Positions 1 through 8,198 of a stretch of DNA of 64,000 nt are shown here, piece after piece (position 1 is the first letter of the stretch; each line of letters starts with the position of its first letter). Made by a program: the position numbers and the translations under genes. Source of the stretch: a bacterium (GTDB lineage Bacteria; J088; JAWLBW01). The notes below the pieces were generated by a model. The model searched no databases, was not told the origin of the DNA, and worked only from the letters and a program-made list of their open reading frames with translations. Location: the NCBI GenBank assembly GCA_041690355.1, contig JAWLHK010000002.1, positions 62,001-126,000 of the forward strand, in the 5' to 3' direction.

Positions 1-1
1 C

Positions 2-856
2 TCGTCGTATGCCCTGGCCGACGTCGGCCGGTTCCGCGTCAACGTCTTCCGGCAGCGCGGGTCGCTCGCCGTCATCCTGCGCGTCATCCCGATCAGCATC
101 CCCTCGTTCGCGCAGCTCGGGCTGCCCAAGGTTCTCGAGAAGATCGCGGGGTACAAGCGCGGCCTCATCCTCGTGACCGGCGTGACCGGCAGCGGCAAAT
201 CGTCGACCCTGGCGGCCATCATCGACCACATCAACACCCACCGGCAGGAGCACATTCTGACGCTGGAAGATCCCATTGAGTTCGTGCACGCCGACAAGCG
301 TTCGTCGGTAAGCCAGCGCGAGATCGGCAGCGACAGCCAGGACTTTGCCGGGGCCCTGCGCGGCGCCCTGCGCCAGGACCCCGACGTGATTCTCATCGGC
401 GAAATGCGCGACTTTGAAACCGTCGACATCGCGCTCAAGGCGGCCGAAACCGGTCACCTCGTACTGTCGACGGTGCACACGACCGACGCCGCCCGCACCA
501 TCGGCCGCCTCATCGGCGTGTTTCCCGCGAATCAGCAGGACGGCGCGCGCATCCGCATCGCCGAGAATCTCAAGGCGAGCATCTCACAACGCCTGCTGCC
601 GAAGGCCGAGGGCGCCGGCCGCGTGGTTGCCGCCGAAATCATGGTCAGCAACATGGGGGTCGAGGAGTGCATCAAGGATCCCGATAAGACGTCGCTCATG
701 AAGGACGTCATCGCTCGCGGCAACCTCGACATCGGCTCGCAGACCTTCGACCAGCACCTGACCGAGCTGTACAAGTCGGGTCAGATCACGATGGATTCGG
801 CGAAGTCGGCGGCGACGAACCCGTCGGACTTCGAGCGCGCCCTCGCGTTCGAGTAA
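2..856 (+). CDS. pilT: Type IV pilus retraction ATPase PilT/PilU family (5'-truncated by window)
   Basis: Frame open from base 2 (SSYALADVGRFRVNVFRQRG); Walker A GVTGSGKS, TLEDPIE, ALRQDPDVILIGEMRD, His box AETGHLVLSTVH, C-terminal SQTFDQ. Confidence 0.93.
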   Translation, partial: SSYALADVGRFRVNVFRQRGSLAVILRVIPISIPSFAQLGLPKVLEKIAGYKRGLILVTGVTGSGKSSTLAAIIDHINTHRQEHILTLEDPIEFVHADKRSSVSQREIGSDSQDFAGALRGALRQDPDVILIGEMRDFETVDIALKAAETGHLVLSTVHTTDAARTIGRLIGVFPANQQDGARIRIAENLKASISQRLLPKAEGAGRVVAAEIMVSNMGVEECIKDPDKTSLMKDVIARGNLDIGSQTFDQHLTELYKSGQITMDSAKSAATNPSDFERALAFE

Positions 857-898
857 GCCGCGGTTCCCTCGGCGCGGCTTTTCGGGTACCTTGTCAGC

Positions 899-1129
899 AT
901 GGCGCCCGTGCTTTATCCCGACGGCGATCGGTTCGAGATCGTTCTGCTGCACGAAGACAACGTCGGCCCGACCGTCGCCGTATTTGTTCGGGAGACCGAC
1001 GCCCGGCGGGCGATGGACCTGTGGGCCGGGAGCGAAGACGACTCCGGCGAGAAGGCACTGGCGGGCATGCGCGCGGCCATCCGGGCGGCCGGAATTCCGG
1101 CCGAATTTCCGGATCGGACCGATCCCTGA
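899..1129 (+). CDS. Small hypothetical protein
   Basis: 76-aa ORF with host-like GC3 codon usage, same strand as pilT; no recognisable motif. Confidence 0.45.
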   Translation: MAPVLYPDGDRFEIVLLHEDNVGPTVAVFVRETDARRAMDLWAGSEDDSGEKALAGMRAAIRAAGIPAEFPDRTDP

Positions 1130-1169
1130 CCGGAACAGACACTGAGCGGAATCGGAAAGGAAGTCCTGC

Positions 1170-1364
1170 GTGAAGTCAGCCCCTACGTCGTGCGGATTCG
1201 ACCCCGCGCAGTTCCGCGAGCTGAAAGAGCAGCTCAAGGCCGGCTTGGTGACCGCCGTCTTTCACAAGCCGACGGGCCGCGTGCTCTATCTGGAACCCGC
1301 CGAGCTGGCGGCGCTGCCTGAAGCAGACTACGTCCCGGTGCGTTCCGGCCCGCCGGCACCCTGA
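1170..1364 (+). CDS. Small hypothetical protein
   Basis: GTG start preceded by AAAGGAAG; coding-like codon usage; no recognisable motif. Confidence 0.45.
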   Translation: MKSAPTSCGFDPAQFRELKEQLKAGLVTAVFHKPTGRVLYLEPAELAALPEADYVPVRSGPPAP

Positions 1365-1386
1365 CCTTGCCTCGGCGAGGGCGCGC

Positions 1387-2082
1387 TCAGTCGAGCATGC
1401 CCGCCTTGATGGCCTTCGTGACCGCTTCGGTGCGCGAGTGCACGCCGAGTTTCTTGTAGATGTGCTTGATGTGCACCTGAACCGTTCCGGCGCTGATCTG
1501 CAGGTGGCCGGCAATCTCGTCGTAGGTGTACCCGCCGATGAGCAGGTCGAGCACGTCCCGCTCACGACGCGACAGCTCGACCTCCGGGTCGCGTTCCTTG
1601 TCGGGCCCCAGGCTGTCTTCGGGCTGAAACTCGCGAAGGACGCGCCTGGCCACGGCCGGCGACATGGGCGCGCCTCCGTCGAGCACTTCGTTCATCCAGC
1701 GCACGATGTCTTCGAACGGCGCGTCTTTCAGAATGTAGCCGGAGGCTCCGGCCTTGAGGGCCGCCAGCAGCGTTTCGCGGTCGTCGAACACGGTGAGCAC
1801 CAGCACCTCGGGCGCATTGTCGAGGCGGCGCAGGCGCCGGATGGCATCGGTGCCGTGCATGCCCGGCAGGTCGAGGTCGAGCAGCACGATGTCGCAGGGG
1901 GGCGAAAACGTGCCCACCGCTTCGAGCAGGGCCTCGGCGGTTGCATAATGGCCGGCGATGTCGAAGCCGCGCCTCGAAAGCAGGTATACGAGGCTCTCGC
2001 GCACCGAAAAGTCGTCTTCGACGATGCAGGCGCGAATGGGTCCGGAGCGGGGGGGCATGGGGGGGGAAAGGGTAGCGTCCAT
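1387..2082 (-). CDS. NarL/LuxR-family DNA-binding response regulator
   Basis: Receiver domain (IVEDD, LLDLDLPGMHG, GYILK) plus LuxR HTH (LSRRERDVL...EIAGHLQISAGTVQVHIKHIYKKLGV); start taken at MDATL. Confidence 0.92.
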   Translation of the reverse strand: MDATLSPPMPPRSGPIRACIVEDDFSVRESLVYLLSRRGFDIAGHYATAEALLEAVGTFSPPCDIVLLDLDLPGMHGTDAIRRLRRLDNAPEVLVLTVFDDRETLLAALKAGASGYILKDAPFEDIVRWMNEVLDGGAPMSPAVARRVLREFQPEDSLGPDKERDPEVELSRRERDVLDLLIGGYTYDEIAGHLQISAGTVQVHIKHIYKKLGVHSRTEAVTKAIKAGMLD

Positions 2083-2183
2083 GGCTGCGAGATAGACTAG
2101 CACCGTTGTCGTAATGGGGCAAGGCGAAGGTTGCCGGGGGTAGGGGCCTGTGATATCGTGTCGCTTTCTGAGAGGAGAGTTCC

Positions 2184-3269
2184 ATGGCCCGAAAGACACT
2201 CTGGATCAGCACCTTGCTTCTTGCTGGCGGCTGCGCCACCGCGCCGCAGCCGATTGCCGACGCCCCGGCCGCACCGGCGGCGGCCCCCGGGCTCCCCAGC
2301 GCCCGGTCGGCCACGGTGCACCCCGATTTCAACCGGCAGATCGAAGAGGGGATGGTCGGCGACGTCGTCAAGGGCGACGAGCTTTCGTTGCGCGACGGGT
2401 CGCAGGTGCGCATGATCGGTATCGAAACCCCCATCGCTTCGGTTTCGCAGCGCGCCGGCGAATACTACGGCAAGGGGGCCATCGAACTGACCCGCTCGCT
2501 CGTCGAGTTCAAGAACATCCGCATCGAGTACGACAGGCAGGTGCACGACGCGCGGGGCCGGCTGCTCGGGTACGTATTCACACCCGAGGGAAAGCTGCTG
2601 CAGGAGGAGCTGCTGCGCAACGGACATGCCTTCGCGACGGCTTTTCCGCCGAACGTGAAGTATCGGGAACGCTTTCTGGCCGCCCAGCAGGATGCCATCG
2701 CGAACAAGCGTGGCATGTGGGGGCTGAACCGCGACGATTACCCGAAGATCGTGACGCTCGACCAGTACCTGATCGAAGGTGTGCAGGTGAAGCGGGTCAT
2801 CAACGGAGACTCGATCGAGCTGGACGACGGCACGATCGTACGCTACATCGGCGTCGATGCGCTCGACAGCGAGAACCGCGCCGTTGCCGGGCAGGTCGGC
2901 CACGAGCCCTACATGCTGAACCGGAAGCTGGTCGAGGGCAAGTCGCTGACCATCGAATATGATGTGGAACCCAAGGATCCGCGCGGCCGCGATCTGGCCT
3001 GGGTTTTCGTGGATGGCAAATTGATCAACGCCGAGCTCGTGCGCCAGGGCCACGCCGTCGTCGCCGTATTCCCCCCGAACACGAAGTACCTGGGCGAGCT
3101 CTTCGAAGCCCAGGCCGAAGCCGCCAAGGCGGGATCAGGCATGTGGAAGGTGGAAGCGGCCGAAGCGGTGGCGCAGGATGCGGCCGCGACTCCGGCCGCG
3201 ACTCCGGCTGCAACGCCTGCCGCAACGCCTGCCGCAACGCCGGCCGCAACGCCGGCCGCCGCACAGTAG
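2184..3269 (+). CDS. Lipoprotein with two tandem thermonuclease (SNase) domains and an ATPA-repeat tail
   Basis: RBS GAGGAG; lipobox LAGGC; two SNase-like repeats (GD..VR.IG...D.RGR.L.YV....L..ELxR.GHA). Confidence 0.88.
   Translation: MARKTLWISTLLLAGGCATAPQPIADAPAAPAAAPGLPSARSATVHPDFNRQIEEGMVGDVVKGDELSLRDGSQVRMIGIETPIASVSQRAGEYYGKGAIELTRSLVEFKNIRIEYDRQVHDARGRLLGYVFTPEGKLLQEELLRNGHAFATAFPPNVKYRERFLAAQQDAIANKRGMWGLNRDDYPKIVTLDQYLIEGVQVKRVINGDSIELDDGTIVRYIGVDALDSENRAVAGQVGHEPYMLNRKLVEGKSLTIEYDVEPKDPRGRDLAWVFVDGKLINAELVRQGHAVVAVFPPNTKYLGELFEAQAEAAKAGSGMWKVEAAEAVAQDAAATPAATPAATPAATPAATPAATPAAAQ
3184..3260 (+). repeat. 12-bp coding tandem repeat encoding (ATPA)x6
   Basis: GCGACTCCGGCC / GCAACGCCTGCC / GCAACGCCGGCC units read directly in the sequence. 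Confidence 0.9.
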
Positions 3270-3291
3270 CCGTCGCGGCATGTCTATCAAG

Positions 3292-3317
3292 AAGGCCTCC
3301 TCCGGGAGGCCTTTTTT
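3292..3317 (+). terminator. Rho-independent terminator, probably bidirectional
   Basis: AAGGCCTCC-tccg-GGAGGCCTT hairpin followed by a T run, between convergent genes. Confidence 0.85.
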
Positions 3318-3327
3318 CGTTCCCGGA

Positions 3328-3570
3328 TCACTTGCGCAGATCGGCCAACCGACGCGCGTATTCCTCCTGTTCGATGTCCCCCTGCGCATACCTGCGCTTG
3401 AGGATGTCTTCAGGGGCATCGACCTGTGCGCCGCGTCCCGGTGGCGGATATTTCAGATAGAGATACCGGACCGCAAAGACAAGCACGACGAGAACGGCGA
3501 TCCAGAACAGAGCCATCCCGAGCATCATCGTCCAGTGCCACTCCTGCCATTCGGGGTTCCACCAATGCAT
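3328..3570 (-). CDS. Small membrane protein with a SHOCT domain
   Basis: One TM helix, then PEDILKRRYAQGDIEQEEY (SHOCT pattern). Confidence 0.85.
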   Translation of the reverse strand: MHWWNPEWQEWHWTMMLGMALFWIAVLVVLVFAVRYLYLKYPPPGRGAQVDAPEDILKRRYAQGDIEQEEYARRLADLRK

Positions 3571-3604
3571 GATTGCGTTTCCCTGTGCATGATTGCGTTT
3601 CCCT
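3566..3604. repeat. 20-bp tandem duplication covering the RBS and start codon of the SHOCT gene
   Basis: TGCATGATTGCGTTTCCCT(G) occurs twice. Confidence 0.9.
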
Positions 3605-3719
3605 TCCCTGTCTGAATTGTCGCTGGCGCGGGACCAGTGTGCGAGGGATGCCGGTCGCGAAGCCCCGGCAGGCTCGCTCCGGTGTCGGGGATCGGCGCCC
3701 GCATGGTACGCTGTCAGGC

Positions 3720-5177
3720 ATGCGACCGGCAGCCTTTTCCATGCTGACCCTCATTCTCGGCGCCTGTGCGGCCCCCGCCTGGTGCGAACCGCCGCAGCGC
3801 GGGTGGAGCGCCCTCGTGATCAGCGGCGGCGGCGTACCTTCGTCGAACGCGGTGGCCCATGAGAAGAACGTCCGCTTTGTTGAAGACACGCTGCAGCGGC
3901 GGGGGATTGCCGCCGGCCGGATCCGAAGCCTCGTCGCCAGCGGCACCCGCACGGTACCCGAGGTCGCCTACCGGAAACCCATTGAAGGCGAACGATGGGA
4001 GCTCTATGCGCTCGACCGGCTCTTCGGCGATGGGAACGCCGATCTGGAATACCGTCCGGCCCGGCTCGGAAAAGGGGCCGGCCGCGCCAATCGCGACGGC
4101 GTGCTCACGGGGCTGCGCGCCTCGCTGAAGGGCCTGACCGAAGGCGCATCGCTTCTCGTCTACGTGACCGACCACGGCGGCGGCGGGGAACCCTACGGAG
4201 ACGACAACTACATGGTGCTCTGGCGCAATGAGAAGCTGACGGCGGGCGAGTACCGGCAGGCCGTGAACGATCACCACAAGCGGGGGCGGGTGGTCAGCGT
4301 CATGGCCCAGTGCTTCTCGGGCGCGTTTTCGTCGAGCATGTACGGCCCGGAGACCCGGACGCTCGCCGCGCCTGATCGCTGCGGCTTTTTCGCGACGACC
4401 TCCGACCGGGTCTCGGCCGGGTGCACGCCCGAGCTGAGCGAGGCGGACTATGACGACTACACGACACGCTTCTTCGCCGCGCTTGGCGGACGCCGGCGAA
4501 CGGGAGAACCGGCCGAGGCGGCGGATTACGACGGCGACGGAAGCGTCTCGTACGCGGAAGCGCACGCGTATGCGCTCGGCGCCTCGGAGACCCTGGACGT
4601 TCCCGTACGCACGTCCGAGGTTTTCCTCGAAGAGGCCGGGGTCCCCCAGGTGAAGCAGTGGAAGGCGGCCTTGGCGGCTGCGTCCGCACCGGATCGGGCG
4701 GCCTGGATGCGCATCGCTGCCCGGCTGCGCCTCGCGGAAGAGGGGGATCCGGCGGCGGCCATCGCGAACGGTCTCGCCAAGGTCCGCGCCGATCTGGACG
4801 CCCTCCGCGACCGGCTGGACGGATTTGCCGACCGCGGCGCCGAGTTGGAAGACGGGCTTCGCGCGCGGCTGCTCGAGCGGTGGCCGATGCTGGGCTCGCC
4901 GTTTCACCCGCGGTTTGCCGCGACGATGGAGCGGGAAGGGGAGGCCATCCGCAGTTTCCTGCAGGCCGACGCGGGGTTCCGCGCGTGGGATCGGCTGCTG
5001 CGCGAAGAAGGGGATGCCTGGGCCCGCCGCCATGAGCTCGAGGTCGACGAGGCGTGGTGGCTGCGCGCCTCGCGCCTGCACGCCCACCTGCTGCGCGCGG
5101 CGGCGGTCAAGCCCGATTCGGAAATCGGCCGCGGCCTTACCCGCCTGCAGGCCTGCGAAAACAGCGCGCCAGATTGA
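3720..5177 (+). CDS. Secreted clan CD (caspase/legumain C13-like) cysteine peptidase
   Basis: Signal peptide; LVYVTDHGG and VMAQCFSG His-Cys dyad; EF-hand-like DYDGDGSVSYAE; C-terminal helical/coiled-coil region. Confidence 0.75.
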   Translation: MRPAAFSMLTLILGACAAPAWCEPPQRGWSALVISGGGVPSSNAVAHEKNVRFVEDTLQRRGIAAGRIRSLVASGTRTVPEVAYRKPIEGERWELYALDRLFGDGNADLEYRPARLGKGAGRANRDGVLTGLRASLKGLTEGASLLVYVTDHGGGGEPYGDDNYMVLWRNEKLTAGEYRQAVNDHHKRGRVVSVMAQCFSGAFSSSMYGPETRTLAAPDRCGFFATTSDRVSAGCTPELSEADYDDYTTRFFAALGGRRRTGEPAEAADYDGDGSVSYAEAHAYALGASETLDVPVRTSEVFLEEAGVPQVKQWKAALAAASAPDRAAWMRIAARLRLAEEGDPAAAIANGLAKVRADLDALRDRLDGFADRGAELEDGLRARLLERWPMLGSPFHPRFAATMEREGEAIRSFLQADAGFRAWDRLLREEGDAWARRHELEVDEAWWLRASRLHAHLLRAAAVKPDSEIGRGLTRLQACENSAPD

Positions 5178-5362
5178 CGATTGACGATTGACGATTTGCC
5201 GGAGCGTCCCTGCTGCAGAAGGTACTTGTTTCGTTGGCGCTTGGTGCTCAGCGCTTGGCGCTTGCACACCCGAGTGACGAGTGACGAGTGACGAGTTTTT
5301 CAGTCCTTGTCTTGCCCTTGTCTCCGTCCCCCACTCTCCCACTCCCCCGCTCCCCCACTCCT
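5172..5362. repeat. Cluster of short (7-8 bp) tandem intergenic repeats
   Basis: (GATTGAC)3, (GCTTGGC/GCTTGGT)n, (GAGTGAC)3 and CCCCACTC-type units. Confidence 0.8.
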
Positions 5363-5403
5363 CTGCCGCGAACCCGGGACCACCTGCCCACCGATGGGGT
5401 ATC

Positions 5404-7272
5404 ATGAATACCCTCATGTCCCGCGTTCTTCGCATTCTCCCTGAATGGATCGCCAACCGGATCGCCGCCGGCGAGGTGGTCGAGCGTCCCGCCAGCGCGG
5501 TGAAGGAGATGCTCGAGAACGCCGTCGACGCCGGCGCCACCGAAATTTCACTTCACGTCGATGAGCGCGGCTTCCGCATCGTCGACGACGGCTGCGGCAT
5601 GACCCGCGACGAGTGCCTGCTCGCTCTCGAACGCCATGCCACCAGCAAGATCGCCGACGTCGACGATCTGGATCGCATCGCTACCCTCGGGTTCCGCGGC
5701 GAGGCGCTGCCGAGCATCGCGTCGGTCTCGCGTTTCCGCCTTCAGTCCCGGCCGCGCGACGCGTCCTCCGGAACCGAGGTGGTCGTCGAGGGGGGGCGTC
5801 TGGTGCACGTGCGCGAAATCGGTATTCCTGTCGGCACCGCGGTCGAGGTGCAGGACCTCTTCTTCAACACCCCCGCCCGCCGCAAGTTCATGAAGAGCGC
5901 CGCCACCGAGAACGGCCACATCCGCGAAACGTTCACGCGTGTCGCCCTCGGTTTCCCCGAAATCGGCTTCCGCTACGAAAGCGGCGGGCGCATGGTCTAT
6001 GACGTGCCGGCCGGGCTGGGGCCCCGCGAGCGTGCCGGGAGACTGCTGGGGAACGAATTTGCGCGGCACGCCACCGAGTTCGCGCGCCGCAGCGCCTCGC
6101 TCGATTACGGTATCGCCGGCCTGCTCGGCCACCCGCGCGACAACCGCGCCCGGCAGGATGAGCTGCACTGGTTTGTGAACGGCCGCTACATCCGCGATCG
6201 GTCGTTGAACCACGCCGTCGTGAAGGCCTACCGCGAGTTCATGCCCGACAACCGCTATCCGCGGGCGATCTTTTTTCTCACGATGCCGCCTGGTGAAGTC
6301 GACGTGAACGTGCACCCCACGAAGCAGGAGGTGCGCTTCGCACGGGGGCGGGAACTCTACGGCTTTCTCGCGGGTGCGGTGGCCCAGGCGCTCGAAGAAT
6401 GGCTGCGCGACGATCCGAACCCCGCAGCGCTGGGGCCGAATCCCGCCCTGGGGCGTTCTGCAGACCCGCGTGCCGCGACCCCGGCCAGCTTCGGGGCCGC
6501 GTTCGGACGCACGCCGGGCGCGGCCGCCGCCTTTGCTTCTCCGTCAAGCGGCGAGGGGGGCCGGGCGCCGGCCGCCTATGGCGCCGGTTCCCCGTTTTCT
6601 CCCATGCTCGACACGCAGGCGCAGCTGCGGCGCAAGGAAGCCGTTTTCGAGGTGCGTGAGACGGCTCCGGCCGCCGACGCGGGCTTCTACGGCCGGCTCG
6701 CCTACCTCGGCCAGGCGCTGGGAACCTACCTGGTCTGCCAGTCGGACGAGGGGATCGTGCTCGTCGATCAGCACGCGGCGCACGAGCGGGTGACCTTCAA
6801 CGCCATGCTCGAGGCCTACCGCTCCGGACGTCCCCCCGTGCAGGGGATGCTGGTGCCCCAGGTGCTCGAGCTCCCCCCCGTCGCGCTCGAGGCGATTCAG
6901 GAACACGCCGAGACGCTGCGCGGCATCGGCTTCGAGCTCGCCCCGTTTTCGGGGAACGCCGTGGCCGTTACGGGGGTGCCGGCGGCGCTCGCCGGCCGTG
7001 AGATCCGGCGCGTCGTGCTCGATGTCGCCCAGGAGCTGAACGAGCTGGGGCGGGCCGACGTCGCTTCGCAGGCCGTGGCCGAGCGCATCATCGGCTGCGC
7101 CTGCCAGGGTTCGGTGCGCGCCAACCAGCCCTTGAGCGAACCCGAGGTGCGAGCTCTGCTGCGCCAGCTCGACGAGATTGAACGCGCAGGCAACTGCCCC
7201 CATGGGCGCCCCGTCGTCGTGACCCTGAGCCGGGCCGAAATCGAACGCCGCTTCGGCCGCAGCGGCGGATGA
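5404..7272 (+). CDS. mutL: DNA mismatch repair protein MutL (endonuclease type)
   Basis: IAAGEVVERPASAVKE, GFRGEALPSI, DVNVHPTK, endonuclease motif DQHAAHER, CPHGRP. Confidence 0.97.
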   Translation: MNTLMSRVLRILPEWIANRIAAGEVVERPASAVKEMLENAVDAGATEISLHVDERGFRIVDDGCGMTRDECLLALERHATSKIADVDDLDRIATLGFRGEALPSIASVSRFRLQSRPRDASSGTEVVVEGGRLVHVREIGIPVGTAVEVQDLFFNTPARRKFMKSAATENGHIRETFTRVALGFPEIGFRYESGGRMVYDVPAGLGPRERAGRLLGNEFARHATEFARRSASLDYGIAGLLGHPRDNRARQDELHWFVNGRYIRDRSLNHAVVKAYREFMPDNRYPRAIFFLTMPPGEVDVNVHPTKQEVRFARGRELYGFLAGAVAQALEEWLRDDPNPAALGPNPALGRSADPRAATPASFGAAFGRTPGAAAAFASPSSGEGGRAPAAYGAGSPFSPMLDTQAQLRRKEAVFEVRETAPAADAGFYGRLAYLGQALGTYLVCQSDEGIVLVDQHAAHERVTFNAMLEAYRSGRPPVQGMLVPQVLELPPVALEAIQEHAETLRGIGFELAPFSGNAVAVTGVPAALAGREIRRVVLDVAQELNELGRADVASQAVAERIIGCACQGSVRANQPLSEPEVRALLRQLDEIERAGNCPHGRPVVVTLSRAEIERRFGRSGG

Positions 7273-8198
7273 CGCGGGCCGTCGCCATCGTCGGCCCCAC
7301 GGCGTCGGGGAAGTCGGCGCTCGCCCTCGGGCTGGCCGAGCGGTTTCACGGCGCCATCCTGAACGCCGACAGCATCCAGGTCTACCGGGGTTTCGACATC
7401 GGCTCGGCCAAGCCCGACGGCGATGAGCGGGCCCGCGTCCCCCACGAACTCATCGATATCGTCGACGCCGATCAGGAGTTCACGGCCGCCGCCTGGGCGA
7501 GCATGGCACGGGATTCGCTGACCCGGCAGACCGAGGCGGGACGGCTGCCGTTCGTCGTCGGGGGGACGGGATTCTACTTCCGCGCCCTGTTCGAGGGGCT
7601 CATCGAGGCTCCCGGCAAGAACGAGGCCGTCCGCACGAGGCTCGAGGCGCTGGCGACCGGGGAGCTGACCGCGCGGTTGCAGGCGGTCGACCCCGTGCGG
7701 GCGTCGCAAATCGCACCGAATGACCGGTTTCGCCTCATCCGGGCTCTGGAAATATGGGAAACGTCGGGGCGCACGCCCAGCGAATGGGCGGCGGAACAGG
7801 TAAGGAAGGCGGAGTTCGACGTGCTCTGGATCGGCATCAGCCCCCCTCGGGAAGAACTCTACCGGCGTATCGATCGGCGGGTCGAAGCCATGTGGCGGGC
7901 GGGCTGGGTCGATGAGGTGCGCGCGCTGGTCGAGCGGGGTTACGGGGCCACCCGGGCCATGGACAGCGTCGGCTATCGCGAAGTCCACGCGTTTCTGCAG
8001 GGGAAAATCGCCGAGCCCGAGGCGATCGCCCTCGCGCAGCGGCGCACGCGGCAGTACGCAAAACGCCAGCTGACTTGGTTTCGCGCGAACCGTCATGTAC
8101 ACTGGTTCGATCCCGGCCAGAACGAAACCCGGGACCTCATCATCGCGCTCACGGCGCGGTGGTTGGACGATCATGGCACGCATCATCGCGGGAATTGA
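7269..8198 (+). CDS. miaA: tRNA dimethylallyltransferase
   Basis: GPTASGKS, DSIQVYRGFDIGSAKP, VGGTGFY, TRQYAKRQLTWF; ATGA overlap with mutL. Confidence 0.97.
   Translation: MTRAVAIVGPTASGKSALALGLAERFHGAILNADSIQVYRGFDIGSAKPDGDERARVPHELIDIVDADQEFTAAAWASMARDSLTRQTEAGRLPFVVGGTGFYFRALFEGLIEAPGKNEAVRTRLEALATGELTARLQAVDPVRASQIAPNDRFRLIRALEIWETSGRTPSEWAAEQVRKAEFDVLWIGISPPREELYRRIDRRVEAMWRAGWVDEVRALVERGYGATRAMDSVGYREVHAFLQGKIAEPEAIALAQRRTRQYAKRQLTWFRANRHVHWFDPGQNETRDLIIALTARWLDDHGTHHRGN

Noticed and set aside
5281-5403. N-terminal extension of MutL given in the ORF track
   Set aside because: It translates intergenic tandem repeats; MutL homology starts at about 5404-5416.
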